Source of the DNA: an uncultured delta proteobacterium
GTDB taxonomy: Bacteria > Desulfobacterota > Binatia > Binatales > Binataceae
NCBI GenBank assembly: GCA_963724765.1
Contig: CAVRVY010000003.1
Span: 352,001-416,000 of the forward strand
Direction of reading: 5' to 3'
DNA: 64,000 nt
The notes below the pieces were generated by a model. It was not told where the DNA came from. It was given only the letters and a program-made list of their open reading frames with translations, and ran no database searches. The translations under genes and the position numbers were made by a program. Numbering within the stretch: position 1 is the first letter of the stretch; every line of letters begins with the position of its first letter. Below, one piece after another: positions 48,800 to 59,035 of the stretch.

Positions 48800-50500
48800 T
48801 TACTCGGGCCGGAACTCGATCCACTCGGGCTTGTAATTGCCCCATACCGTGGGCTGGAAATTCTCCAGCGTGTTCTTCCACGCCTCGTAGCGCACCTGGC
48901 GCACCGTCTCGATGATCGGCAGTTGCTGGTACAGGATTTCCTGGATGCGCCAGTAGTACGGCGCGCGTTTCAGCGGATCCATCACCATCGTGCCCTGTTC
49001 GAGCAGTTGATCGATCTCGGCCTCCCACGGCGTGGCCGGCTTGGGCTCCTTTGGGTACCACAGGTGCAGGGCGCCCGACGAGCGCAGGAAGTCGGCGCCG
49101 TTGTTAGGCTCGATCCCGCCGGTAAAGCCGATCAGTACCACGTCCCAGTCGTAGGTGGAGTCGAGTTTGTCGACCAGCGTAGTGAATTCCAGCGGCCGGT
49201 AATTGACCTTGATGCCGATGCGCAAGAGGTCCTGCTGCAGGATGACGCACATCTCGTCGCGCACGTTCACGCCGGTGTTGGTCGCGAGGTTGAACTCCAG
49301 CCGATTGCCCTGCGGGTCGAAGCGCACCCCACCCTTGAGGTGGTAGCCAGCCTGCTCCAGCAGGTCGCCCGCTTCCTTGAGATTGTAGTCGTAGTCCTTG
49401 AGATTGGGATTGTGGAAAATCTTGTTGGCGGGCGAGGTGTCGGAGACCGCCGGCACGGCGAGTCCGTGAAAGCAGAGATTGATCATTCCCTGCTTGTCGA
49501 CGGCGTGGGCGATCGCGCGCATGAAGCGGGGGTCCGTGAACCAGCGGTACTTCGGATCGGTCACGCCGTTATGGATGTAATGATTGGGATTGCGGTTGAA
49601 GGCGAAGAACAGCGATCCGGTGTCGATGCCGATTTTCTTGAGCGTGATGCCGAGTTGCTTCTGCTTGTCGCGCAGATCGACGACTTCCTCCGGGCGCGGC
49701 GTGTAGGTGTCGATCTGCCCGGCGAGAAACCGCAGGTACTGGGCGTTGCCGTCGGGCACAATTTGCAGCGTCTCGCCGTGCAGCCGCGGCAGCCGCTCGC
49801 GCTTTTCGTCGCGCATCCAGTAGTCCGGATTGCGGTTGAAACGGACGAACTGCGCCTGGACGTAGCGCGCCATCTCGAACTGCCCTAGGCCGACGATTTT
49901 TTTCGGCGGCGTGTTGATACCCCAGGTGTGATTGAATTTACCGGCCTCGAGCGCCGGCTCGAGCAGATGCGCGGGAATGATCGGCACGCCGATCGCGTAG
50001 AGCAGCGGCGCGAATACCCGCGGCATCGTCATCCGCACCGTGTAGTCATCGAGCGCTTCGACCTTCAGCGGCTTGCCGTCGACGGTGAGGCTGGGCTCCT
50101 CGATGTTGGGCACGCGCGGGTCGTAGATCACGCGCATCGTGAAAACCACGTCGCGCGCGGTGAAGGGCTGCCCGTCGAACCATTTCACCCCGTGGCGCAG
50201 ATGGAACACGATAACTTTACCGCCGTCGCCAAGCTCCCAGCTCTCGGCCAGGCCGGGCTCGGGCAGAGTCGTTATCGGATTGATCCTGACCAGCCCCTCG
50301 AAGAGATCGCCGACCACCTCGCCCGAGGCGTTGTCAGTGACCAGGATCGGATTGAAGGTGCGCGGATCGCTGATGCTCGATTGGTAGAGAATCTGCTCGC
50401 GCTCGTGCTGGCTGGGCGGCTGCTGCACGCGGCATCCGAGCGCCGCCGCGGCGGCGAGTGCGGAGCACAGCAACATCGCGAGCGCGCGGCGAAGACTCAT
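48800..50500 (-). CDS. ABC transporter substrate-binding lipoprotein (family 5)
   Basis: Lipobox ALGC, DPRTFNP, LAESWE, WFDGQPFTARDV, RNPDYW. Confidence 0.92.
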   Translation of the reverse strand: MSLRRALAMLLCSALAAAAALGCRVQQPPSQHEREQILYQSSISDPRTFNPILVTDNASGEVVGDLFEGLVRINPITTLPEPGLAESWELGDGGKVIVFHLRHGVKWFDGQPFTARDVVFTMRVIYDPRVPNIEEPSLTVDGKPLKVEALDDYTVRMTMPRVFAPLLYAIGVPIIPAHLLEPALEAGKFNHTWGINTPPKKIVGLGQFEMARYVQAQFVRFNRNPDYWMRDEKRERLPRLHGETLQIVPDGNAQYLRFLAGQIDTYTPRPEEVVDLRDKQKQLGITLKKIGIDTGSLFFAFNRNPNHYIHNGVTDPKYRWFTDPRFMRAIAHAVDKQGMINLCFHGLAVPAVSDTSPANKIFHNPNLKDYDYNLKEAGDLLEQAGYHLKGGVRFDPQGNRLEFNLATNTGVNVRDEMCVILQQDLLRIGIKVNYRPLEFTTLVDKLDSTYDWDVVLIGFTGGIEPNNGADFLRSSGALHLWYPKEPKPATPWEAEIDQLLEQGTMVMDPLKRAPYYWRIQEILYQQLPIIETVRQVRYEAWKNTLENFQPTVWGNYKPEWIEFRPE

Positions 50501-50510
50501 CGGGAGCGTT

Positions 50511-51422
50511 TCAGCCCGCCGCTCCCGGCGCGGCGCTCGCGCCGGCGTCAATCGAAATCTGCTTGGTGCCCGGCGCCGGCGTCAGCACGAACAGCGCGGG
50601 CGCGAGCGTCGTGTTGAGCGCGGGCGCCTCGTAGCGCAGCGTGACGCGACTTGCGGGAAAGTCGGCCTCGACCTGGTGCGGAAAGTTTATCGCGCCCACG
50701 TCGCGCCACTGGCTATAGCGCACCTCGTAACGCTGGCCCCCTGCGCTGTCCCGCTCGCGCACCATCGCCAACTGCCCGGCGGTGAAACCCAGCTCGCGCG
50801 TGCCGCCATCGCCGAGGCGCCACAGCGCAACCGTCATCCCCTCCGTATCGTTGACCGAGTCGGGCGGCGTGGCAAGTTCAGCCGGGTCCGGCGCGAGGCC
50901 CATCAAAAGATTCACCGCAGCCGGCGGCGCCAGCGGTATACGCACGTAGCGCTCGAGCGTCGCGGCGTTGGCGCCGCCGCTCATCAGGACGTTTTTCGAC
51001 GGGTCGAAGATCATCAGCCGGCCGGCGTCGTCTGCCGCCAGCACCATCGTGGCGCCGAACGGCGCGACTGCCTCGACCCGCATGCTGGCCGGGCGCGCGA
51101 GCGCGATCTCCTCATGGGTGCGGAAGTGATGGCCGTCGGCGGCGCTGTACTCCATTATCGCCCCGCTCTGAATCGAGCGCAGCGATCGCTCGCGATCGGC
51201 GAGCGCCGAGAGCATCGCGGCGCTAGCCGGCGTGACGGAGGCGGGCGCGGCGGACGTCGCTGCGGGTGGCGCACTGGCGGTGAGCGCGCACGCCGAGAGC
51301 TGGCAGGATGCGAGTAACAGAACGGCTGCGCCCGCGGCCGCGCGCCATCTGCGGCACAAGGGCTCCCCGCTCACGCGCAACGGTCCCGCGCGCAACAATT
51401 CAGTGACTGGCGCTGCCGACAT
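50511..51422 (-). CDS. LolB-like/DUF4292 lipoprotein
   Basis: Lipobox LSAC, RPASMRVE...PFG, VRYSQW, FP; sits downstream of a TPR lipoprotein. Start uncertain. Confidence 0.65.
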   Translation of the reverse strand: MSAAPVTELLRAGPLRVSGEPLCRRWRAAAGAAVLLLASCQLSACALTASAPPAATSAAPASVTPASAAMLSALADRERSLRSIQSGAIMEYSAADGHHFRTHEEIALARPASMRVEAVAPFGATMVLAADDAGRLMIFDPSKNVLMSGGANAATLERYVRIPLAPPAAVNLLMGLAPDPAELATPPDSVNDTEGMTVALWRLGDGGTRELGFTAGQLAMVRERDSAGGQRYEVRYSQWRDVGAINFPHQVEADFPASRVTLRYEAPALNTTLAPALFVLTPAPGTKQISIDAGASAAPGAAG

Positions 51423-53196
51423 TGCGCAGGGCTTGCAACTTTCCCTTGAGCCGCGCGGCCTGCTCCTGATCCGTGGTCCGCCGAAGCGCGTCCTCGTACT
51501 GTTGCCCGGCCTGCTCGGAGCGGCCGAGCTTGGAGTAAGCGTCGCCAAGGTGTTCGGTGATAGTCGGGTCGTCGCCGGTCAGGTTGACCGCCTTCTCGAG
51601 CTCTTCGGCCGCCTTGCCGTATTCGCCCTTCTGGTAATAGACCCAACCGAGACTGTCGATATAAAAGCCGTCTTCGGGTTCGATCGCGAGCGCGCGTTTG
51701 ACCAGCTTTTCAGCCTCGTCGAGGTGGTCGCCGGCCTCGGCGTAGGTGTAGCCGAGGTAGTTGAGCGCCTGCGCGTTTTTCGGATTCAGATCGATCGCCT
51801 TGCGCATCTCCTCGATGCTGGCGGGGCGCTGCTTGCTCTCGTCATAAAGCGCGCCGAGCGTGAAGTGGTATTTGTCGCTTTTGGGCTCGAGCACGACCAT
51901 CCGCTGCGCGAGTCTGATCGCGGTTGGATAGTCCTTCTTTTCCTGGTACACGCCGACCGTGAAGCCGAGAATCTCGGCGTCGTCAGGTTTCTTTGCCAGC
52001 GCCTGGTTGAGCGCGGCGATCGCCTGGTCGTACTCCTGCTGCTTGTCGTAGATGTAGGCGAGCTGCAGGCGCGATTCGACGTAATGCTCGTTACCCTCGG
52101 GAATCTTCCCGAACTCCGCCGCCGCCTTGTCGTAGTCGGACAGTTCGCTGTAGGCGGTGCCGAGATAGTAGTGGACGCGGTAGTTGTCGGGATCGGCGCC
52201 AAGCACCAGGTTGAACTCGGTGGCCGCGCGCTCGAAGTCGCCACGCTCGAAATACAGGAGGCCAATCTTGGTGCGCGTGTCGCCGGGACTGATGTCGATC
52301 TTCTCGGGTGGCGGCGCCGGCTTCACCGGTCCCTCGGCTGAAGCGTGCGCGGCAAAGTACAGTTCGGCCATGCGCTTGCGCGCACGGTCGTCGTTGGGGT
52401 TGATCTGCAGGATCTTTTTGTAAATCGCGACCGCGTCGTCGCGCCGGCCCTGGTCCTCGCGCAGCGCGGCGAGGTCGAGCAGCGCCAGCTCGGATTGCGG
52501 GTTGAGCTCGAGCGCCTTGTCGTAGTAGCGCTCGGCCGCGGCATAGTTGCCCGCCGCCAGCATCGTGCGTCCGGCGTAGTAGTAGCCGAGGAACGATTGC
52601 GGATCGAGCGCGATCAACTGCTCGAAAACCTTGCGCGCCTGCTCGTACTCGCCGCGCTTGGCGTACAGCGTACCCAGGAACAGGTAGGACTCCTGGTTCT
52701 TGGGCGCGGTTTTGATCACTTCCTGATAATCCTGCTCGGCGCTCGCGTCGTCGCCCAGCGCGGAGTCGATACCGGCCGCGAGCAGCAGTGCGTGCGATGA
52801 GCCGGGATCGATCCTGACTGCCTGGTCGGCCTGGCTCCGCGCCTCCGGCAGGCGGCCGTCGCGCACATAGAGCGTGGCCAGTGTTACGCGCAGCGTGGCG
52901 TTGTCCGGGTCGTACCGCACCGCCTGCTCGAGCGCTTTTAACGCCTCCGTGCGATCGCCCTCTTCGGTTGCGACCTCGGCTTGCAAAAACGCGCCCATCG
53001 CCCTGGCTTGCGGCGGGATGTCGACCGCCGGCTTGCCGCCGAACGGCGACTGTGGCTCTGCGGCCTCGCCTGGCGCGCTGGCGGAGGCGGCGCCGGGCGG
53101 CTGAAACCTGGGGCCCCGCACCTGCCCGCACCCGGCGCCGAGCAGCATCGCGGCCGCGGCCAGTGCAGCCGTCAGCGTGTGCCGTGATTTATGCAC
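51400..53196 (-). CDS. Tetratricopeptide-repeat lipoprotein
   Basis: GAGC lipobox, many TPRs, ALNYLGYTYA, YIDSLGWVYY, ITEHLGD. Confidence 0.9.
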   Translation of the reverse strand: MHKSRHTLTAALAAAAMLLGAGCGQVRGPRFQPPGAASASAPGEAAEPQSPFGGKPAVDIPPQARAMGAFLQAEVATEEGDRTEALKALEQAVRYDPDNATLRVTLATLYVRDGRLPEARSQADQAVRIDPGSSHALLLAAGIDSALGDDASAEQDYQEVIKTAPKNQESYLFLGTLYAKRGEYEQARKVFEQLIALDPQSFLGYYYAGRTMLAAGNYAAAERYYDKALELNPQSELALLDLAALREDQGRRDDAVAIYKKILQINPNDDRARKRMAELYFAAHASAEGPVKPAPPPEKIDISPGDTRTKIGLLYFERGDFERAATEFNLVLGADPDNYRVHYYLGTAYSELSDYDKAAAEFGKIPEGNEHYVESRLQLAYIYDKQQEYDQAIAALNQALAKKPDDAEILGFTVGVYQEKKDYPTAIRLAQRMVVLEPKSDKYHFTLGALYDESKQRPASIEEMRKAIDLNPKNAQALNYLGYTYAEAGDHLDEAEKLVKRALAIEPEDGFYIDSLGWVYYQKGEYGKAAEELEKAVNLTGDDPTITEHLGDAYSKLGRSEQAGQQYEDALRRTTDQEQAARLKGKLQALRNVGSASH

Positions 53197-53257
53197 CGAT
53201 AATTTGGGCGTGCGCGAGGGAACGCCCGGAACAAATTCATTTGGAGTTAGCACAAAG

Positions 53258-53302
53258 GCAAATGACTCAGGAGCAAAAGGCTCAAAGCAAAAAGACTCAA
53301 AA
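53258..53302. repeat. Three-copy 14-15 bp direct repeat GCAAA(N)GACTCA
   Basis: gcaaatgactcagga gcaaaaggctcaaa gcaaaaagactcaaaa. Confidence 0.65.
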
Positions 53303-53461
53303 GTTTGACCGTCGGCACCGGCCTGTCGTCCGGCGGGACCCACTTAATATACGCGGTTATACGCGCTATCGATACCATTTATAAGTGTTGTCCGCGAGGC
53401 CACCCTCGCGCAATCCCGCCGCCTTGTGCCGGCGCCGACGCTCGGCTAGAGCCTAGCCCTG

Positions 53462-54907
53462 ATGAAGCGGCTGAGCACGGATCGCGCTGAGCATGAACGA
53501 ATCGAAGCGGCCGCAACCGCCGCCGCGCCGCTCAACCCGCGCGCCGCGATCGCGATGCAGGGCGGCAAGCTCAGCCTGCTCTCGCTCACCTGCGTCGTCT
53601 ACCTGGTGGTAAGCGGCGGCGCCTACGGGACCGAGGACGCAGTGCGGATAGCCGGCCCGCGCCTCACGCTCCTTTTGTGCGTGCTGGTGCCGCTGACGCT
53701 CAGCGTGCCGACGGCGTTGATGGCGGCCGAGCTCAACGCGCTGATGCCGGTGGAGGGCGGCTTCTATTTCTGGGTCAAGGAGGCGCTCGGGCCGTTTTGC
53801 GGCTTCGCCGAGGCTTACCTGACCCTGCTTTATACCGCGATGGACATGGCGATATACCCGGTCCTGTTCAGCGCCTACCTCGCCTTCCTGTATCCGCTCG
53901 GCACTGGCGGCCAGCTCGTGGTCGGGGTCGCGCTGGTGTGGCTCGCCGGGCTGCTCAACTTTAGCGGCGTGCGGCCGGCGGGCGACAGCGTGGTCCTGCT
54001 CACCGCGCTGTTGCTGGCGCCGTTTGCGGCGCTGGTCGTGATCGGCTTTGGTCATCTCGTGCACTGGCATCCGCCGGGCGGCCAGATTTTCGGGCCCGAC
54101 TTCGCGCTCGCGCTCGGCGGCGGACTCACGATCATAATCTGGAATTTCAGCGGATGGGAAAACGCGAGCGTGGTCGCAGGCGAGATTAGCAACCCGCGCC
54201 GCACCTACCAGCGCGCGCTTGCGATCGCGCTGCCGATGGTGGTGCTCGGCTACATGCTGCCGCTCGGCGTGGCGCTCTCGGGCGCGCATAGCGGCGCCAA
54301 GTGGGAGACTGGATGGTACTCCGAAATTGGCCGGCAGATCGGCGGCCCGGCGCTAGGCGCCGCGCTCGCGCTGGGCGGGATGGTGTCGGCATTTTCGATC
54401 TTCACGGCCGCGATGCTGTGGGTGTCGCGGATGCCGTTCGTGCTGGCGCGCGAGCGCTATCTGCCGCGATGGCTGGCCGAGGTCTGGCGCACCACCGCAA
54501 CGCCCGGCAAGTCGATCCTTGCCTGCTGCGTGCTCTTCACGATGCTGGTGCCGCTCGGCTTCGTCACGCTGGTCATCCTCGACGTATTCTTTTACATGGG
54601 GGCGCTGGTGCTCGAGCTGAGCGCGCTGGTGGTGATGCGTCGCAAGCGGCCCGTGCGCGACGGCCTGTTCATGATCGGCGGCGGCCGGACCGGCCTCTAC
54701 CTGGTCGCGGGACTCCCGATGCTGACCTGGTGCGCCACCTTTGGTCTCGCGCTTACTGCGGGCGGCATCAAGGAGGACTTCATCGTCGCGGTCGTGCTGG
54801 CGGCGACGACCTATCCGGCCTACGCGCTATGCCGCAAGTTGTGGGGCGGACCGCCGCGTGGACAAAGCGTCTTCGCCCCTCCCGCCAGTCCGGCCGAGGC
54901 TCCTTGA
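53462..54907 (+). CDS. APC-family amino acid/polyamine permease
   Basis: SGGAYGTE, AEL...PVEGGFYFWV, WNFSGWE, NPRRTY. Confidence 0.9.
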   Translation: MKRLSTDRAEHERIEAAATAAAPLNPRAAIAMQGGKLSLLSLTCVVYLVVSGGAYGTEDAVRIAGPRLTLLLCVLVPLTLSVPTALMAAELNALMPVEGGFYFWVKEALGPFCGFAEAYLTLLYTAMDMAIYPVLFSAYLAFLYPLGTGGQLVVGVALVWLAGLLNFSGVRPAGDSVVLLTALLLAPFAALVVIGFGHLVHWHPPGGQIFGPDFALALGGGLTIIIWNFSGWENASVVAGEISNPRRTYQRALAIALPMVVLGYMLPLGVALSGAHSGAKWETGWYSEIGRQIGGPALGAALALGGMVSAFSIFTAAMLWVSRMPFVLARERYLPRWLAEVWRTTATPGKSILACCVLFTMLVPLGFVTLVILDVFFYMGALVLELSALVVMRRKRPVRDGLFMIGGGRTGLYLVAGLPMLTWCATFGLALTAGGIKEDFIVAVVLAATTYPAYALCRKLWGGPPRGQSVFAPPASPAEAP

Positions 54908-54958
54908 GCGAGCGGCGACGCGGCCCGCAAGCGTAAGCCGGAACTGGAGATTCTGTTT

Positions 54959-56080
54959 ATGGCCAGGCGCACGGTGGTAAAAGCCTACTTCAACCAGGGC
55001 GGGCTGGCCCGGCCGTATGCGCCCGTGGCCCGGCGCGTACGAACCGCCGACCGCGAGTTCGCTGGTCTGCTCTACAGCGAGGACGGCGTCCGCAGACTCG
55101 ACGCCACGCTGGAGCAGGCGCGAATCGCCGCCGGCTCGCTCATCGGCGCGAGCGCGAGCGGCGGTGGCGTCTCGCTCCTGCCCAACTCCTCGACCGCGCT
55201 GAATCTCGCAATCAGCATCCTCGGCGCGACGCTCGGTCCGGGTGAGATCGCCGTCACCACCGACCAGGAGCATCCGTGCGTCAACTGGCCGCTCTCACGC
55301 CTTAGCGCGCGCGGGATCGAGATCGCAACGATCGGCGGCGGATCGCCTGCCGAGTTTCTCGACAATTTGCGCGCGCTAATTCGCCGGCGGCGTCCGGGCT
55401 TCGCCGTGTTCTCTAACGTCTCGTGCCAGGACGGCCGCGTCCTGCCGGTCGAAGAAGCCGGAGCGATCCTTGGGCAGCAGGAAATTCCGTATATCGTCGA
55501 CGGCGCGCAGGCGCTCGGACAGGTCGCGATCGACGTGGCGCAAATCGAAGCGTGGGCCTATGCGTTCACCGGCCACAAGTGGCTATTCGGTCCGATGGGC
55601 ACCGGGGGTCTGTGGACCAGCGAGCGATTTCTGCGCGCCAACACGCTCGCCTGGACGGGGCCAGTGGGTTTCATCCGCAGGGGCGGCGGCGAACTCGAAA
55701 GCGGATCGCTCAACTGCGCGCTGTTCGCGGGGATGGCCGAGGCGCTCCGAACGTGCGCTGAGGAATTCGCGTCACGGGTCGAGACCCTGATGCGGATGCG
55801 GACGCGAATCAGCGGGCTGCTCGACGCGCTCTACGAAAATACGGCGTCGAAATGGGACGGCCCGCACGCGCCCGGCATCCTGGCTTACGCGCTGCCGCCT
55901 CAGACGCGGCCTGAGGAGTTGGCCGAGGCGGCGCTCGGCCGCTTCGGCGTCGCGATCAAGCCGCTGCGCCCACCCCAGGATCCCAACGGCTTCCGCGTGA
56001 CCTTCTCACCCTGGACCACCGATGACGAGGTCGAGTTGCTGGGCGAGGCGATGCGCTCGCTCGCCCGCGAATCGCACTAA
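54959..56080 (+). CDS. Class V PLP-dependent aminotransferase/C-S lyase-like enzyme
   Basis: NSSTALN, EHP, VDGAQ, GHKWLFGPMGTG. Confidence 0.85.
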   Translation: MARRTVVKAYFNQGGLARPYAPVARRVRTADREFAGLLYSEDGVRRLDATLEQARIAAGSLIGASASGGGVSLLPNSSTALNLAISILGATLGPGEIAVTTDQEHPCVNWPLSRLSARGIEIATIGGGSPAEFLDNLRALIRRRRPGFAVFSNVSCQDGRVLPVEEAGAILGQQEIPYIVDGAQALGQVAIDVAQIEAWAYAFTGHKWLFGPMGTGGLWTSERFLRANTLAWTGPVGFIRRGGGELESGSLNCALFAGMAEALRTCAEEFASRVETLMRMRTRISGLLDALYENTASKWDGPHAPGILAYALPPQTRPEELAEAALGRFGVAIKPLRPPQDPNGFRVTFSPWTTDDEVELLGEAMRSLARESH

Positions 56081-56150
56081 TTAACTCATCCCGTCTCGAT
56101 CTTCTTGCAGACAGAGGCGGTTCTCACGGAGATTGAGGACCGACTGGACT

Positions 56151-56188
56151 CCCCGCCCTCACCCTCCCCCAAAACTGAGGGGGAAGGA
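56151..56188. repeat. REP-like hairpin remnant
   Basis: cccgccctcaccctcccccaaaactgagggggaagga. Confidence 0.5.
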
Positions 56189-56296
56189 ATTTGAAACCAA
56201 AGCGTATGATTATCGGACGCGTCGAGGGTGCTGTTCGGCGCCGACCGCAAGTGCTACAGGATGATCGATGCGCAGCGGCGCAGGCGGAGCATCAAA

Positions 56297-56920
56297 ATGG
56301 AAAATTCCGGCAATCATCGAATCACCAGCGTGGACCAGTTGCGAGCGCTCATGGGCACCCCGCATCCGGCCACCCCACGCAAGCTCCTGCGCGCGCTCGA
56401 CGATACCGCGATCGACTTCATCGGCCGTTCGCCCTTCCTGGTGCTCGGGACAGCGGACGCCGAAGGCAATCAGGACGTCTCGCCCAAGGGCGGTGCACCG
56501 GGTTTCGTTGCGGTCGAGGGCCCCAACACGCTGCTGATTCCCGACAGCAAGGGCAACAAGCTGCTTTTCGGCCTGCAGAACATCCTGGAGAATTCGCACG
56601 CCGGGATTATCTTCATGGTTCCCGGCACCGACGAGACGCTGCGGGTCAACGGCACGGGCGAACTGAGCGTCGACCCGGCCTTGCTCGCGCGGTTTTCGGC
56701 TAGCGGCTCGGCGGCCCAGATCGCGATCCGAATCACCGTGCGCGAATGTTTCTTCCACTGCGCGAAAGCCCTGATGCGCTCGCAATTGTGGAAGCCCGAG
56801 AGCTGGGGCGCGCGCATCCCTTTTTCATGGGGAAAATACCTGGCCGTGAAGAGCGACGGCGAAGACGCGGCGGCAAAGATCGACCGCTTCGTCGAGCTCG
56901 ACTACAAGAACAATCTATAG
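56297..56920 (+). CDS. PPOX-family FMN-binding protein (MSMEG_1061-like)
   Basis: FIGRSPF, DVSPKGG.PGFV, PDSKGN, ETLRVNG, FFHCAKALMRSQLW. Confidence 0.88.
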   Translation: MENSGNHRITSVDQLRALMGTPHPATPRKLLRALDDTAIDFIGRSPFLVLGTADAEGNQDVSPKGGAPGFVAVEGPNTLLIPDSKGNKLLFGLQNILENSHAGIIFMVPGTDETLRVNGTGELSVDPALLARFSASGSAAQIAIRITVRECFFHCAKALMRSQLWKPESWGARIPFSWGKYLAVKSDGEDAAAKIDRFVELDYKNNL

Positions 56921-56936
56921 GCCGTAAGCGCGCGGC

Positions 56937-57398
56937 TCAGGATTCTTCAGTTTTCTTTTTCTCGGGCTCCCACATCCGCTGCCATGCGCGCAGCCCGTCC
57001 TGCAGCGTCTTCTGCACCGACTCGGCCTGCTTGCGCGCCTCCTCGGTCCACTTGTCCGAGGCGCTGAACGACTCGGTCGCCTTGCGCCAGCTCTCGGCCC
57101 ACGCCTCCATCGGATTGGGCTTCTTCTCCGAGCCAGCCGCCGAAGCCGTCCGGCGCACTTGCTCGCGGACCTGGCGCTCCCACCACTGGAAGCCCTGCTC
57201 CAGCGCGGTCACCATGCCGTCCTTGCTCATCCGCGCGGCGCGCAGCCAGTTTTCGACCATCTGCTCGCGGTCGACCCCGGCGCCGGCCTGCGCCGCGAGA
57301 TCCTTGACCGCTTTGTTCACCGCCGAGAGAGTTTCGGCCAGCGCCTCGCTGGCCTTGCGAATCACGTCGCCGATGCTCGAAGAATCTTCGGTCGCCAT
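56937..57398 (-). CDS. Hypothetical helical Trp-rich protein (phasin/PhaE-like?)
   Basis: GGAGG RBS; amphipathic helices; WW, WAESW, WQRMW. Confidence 0.6.
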   Translation of the reverse strand: MATEDSSSIGDVIRKASEALAETLSAVNKAVKDLAAQAGAGVDREQMVENWLRAARMSKDGMVTALEQGFQWWERQVREQVRRTASAAGSEKKPNPMEAWAESWRKATESFSASDKWTEEARKQAESVQKTLQDGLRAWQRMWEPEKKKTEES

Positions 57399-57500
57399 CG
57401 CTGCCGCCCTCCGTGTCGATTAATGATCCGAACCGACGCGCCCGGCATCAAAGAGCATCCCGACGCGTGTTCGTCATCTTATCGTCCTACAGATCGCGGC

Positions 57501-58826
57501 CTAATTCGAGACGCGCGCGACCGCCGCGCCCGTCGCCTCTTTTGCGGTCGCGGGCTGCATGCGGACGCCGGCTGTTCGAGGCGCGGCCCTGGAGATGGTC
57601 ATCCAGAGCGCCGCGAAATAGGCGCATCCGAGCGAAATGAACGCGGCCTCGGCCGGCATCACATACGACGCATGCATATGTCCGGCGATCGCACGCGACA
57701 ACGCCCGACTGAGGAAGCCCAGCGGGCCGCCCATGAACATTGCTGCCACGTAGCTCGCACCGGCAAGGTTCAATACGCGCCGCGCCAGCGGTCTTTCTTC
57801 AGTGGCCGCGTGATTCGCCGCCGCGATACCGACGTAAAGCGGAACGATGCAAACGAGGAACTGCGGCCAGGCCACCGGCGAGAGCATCGTGATCACCACC
57901 AGCCACAGCGAAAAGCCGCATCCATAACGGTCATCCTCAATCGCGACGGTGGCGGCAAACGCGAAGGCCGCCGCCAGCAGTTCGATCGCCAACCCTGCCA
58001 CGGCAGCCCAGTCGCTATAACCGAGCACCAGTTGCACGAACGAGCCTAAATTGAGATTCGCCGGATGCTTCAACAAGCCAGCCGGCGCGCCGCGGGCGTG
58101 CACTCCGGACATCGGCGCCGCCAGATGTGCGAAACTCAGGACCGGCCGTAATCCCGCAAACCCAATCGCAATCGCACTACCGATAACGCACGCGGCCACA
58201 AAGTACGCGCTCGCGCGCCAGTTGCGCCGCGCAACCAGATAACCCAGCATCCCCAGCGGATAGGCGCGGAGCAAAGCCTCCGCCGCCAATATCACTCCAG
58301 CCGTCCCGTCATGGCGTCGTGCAAGCGCGCACAGCGCCAGCACGAAGATCAACAACAGTACAACTTCGCTCTGTGCAAACCAGAAATTGATCGCGATCGG
58401 CGGATAGAGCAGCATCAAGGCCGCAACCGTCCAGCCCTCCACGCCGGGCGGTCCCACTTCGCGAATCAGCAGGAAAAGCGCCGCGGCGAGGCACAACACG
58501 TTGAACGCGGCCCACGTCCAGTAGGCGGTTATCGGCTCAAGGAACGTAAACGGCTCGAAAAATATCAGCCAGGCCGGCGTATCGAGCAGCGGCTCGGCTC
58601 ACTCCCAGGCCGAGAGATTACTCAGCGGACGGCCGGCTGCGGTGAAAACAGTCTCGAAATCACCGTCGTAAGGATCAATACCCTGTCGAAGCGCCAGCGA
58701 CCCGACATAGTATGGTTTGAAATCCTGATAGCCACTGACGTTCGAAGGCAGTGACTCGAAAATAACAGTCGCCGCAACGCCGACAATTATCCATAGCGCA
58801 AGTGCGATTTGCGTTCGTACGCTCAT
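57501..58826 (-). pseudogene. GT87/DUF2029 membrane glycosyltransferase with one in-frame TGA
   Basis: DFKPYY...GIDPY, then TGA at 58599-58601. The same frame continues AEPLLDTPAW...YPP...AQ...LSPVAW. Confidence 0.75.
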
Positions 58827-59035
58827 CTTCAGCCGGCACGGTCTACGCCAGTGCGATTGGCGTATCGCCGGCCTGAGATGATGCTACTCGCGCGCGGCCG
58901 CCGCAAGTCAATGGCTTGCAGGTGTTGTCATCGCCTTCGCGTGGCGCTGACTATCGCATCCAATAGTAAGACTCGAAAGTCTAATGGCGATTGAAGCTGC
59001 GCGCCTGGGGTCTCAGGCTGGTTCGAGACGCCGCC

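Noticed and set aside
58599-58601. Selenocysteine codon
   Set aside because: No redox or Cys-motif context, GT87 is not a known selenoprotein family, and the hairpin is short.
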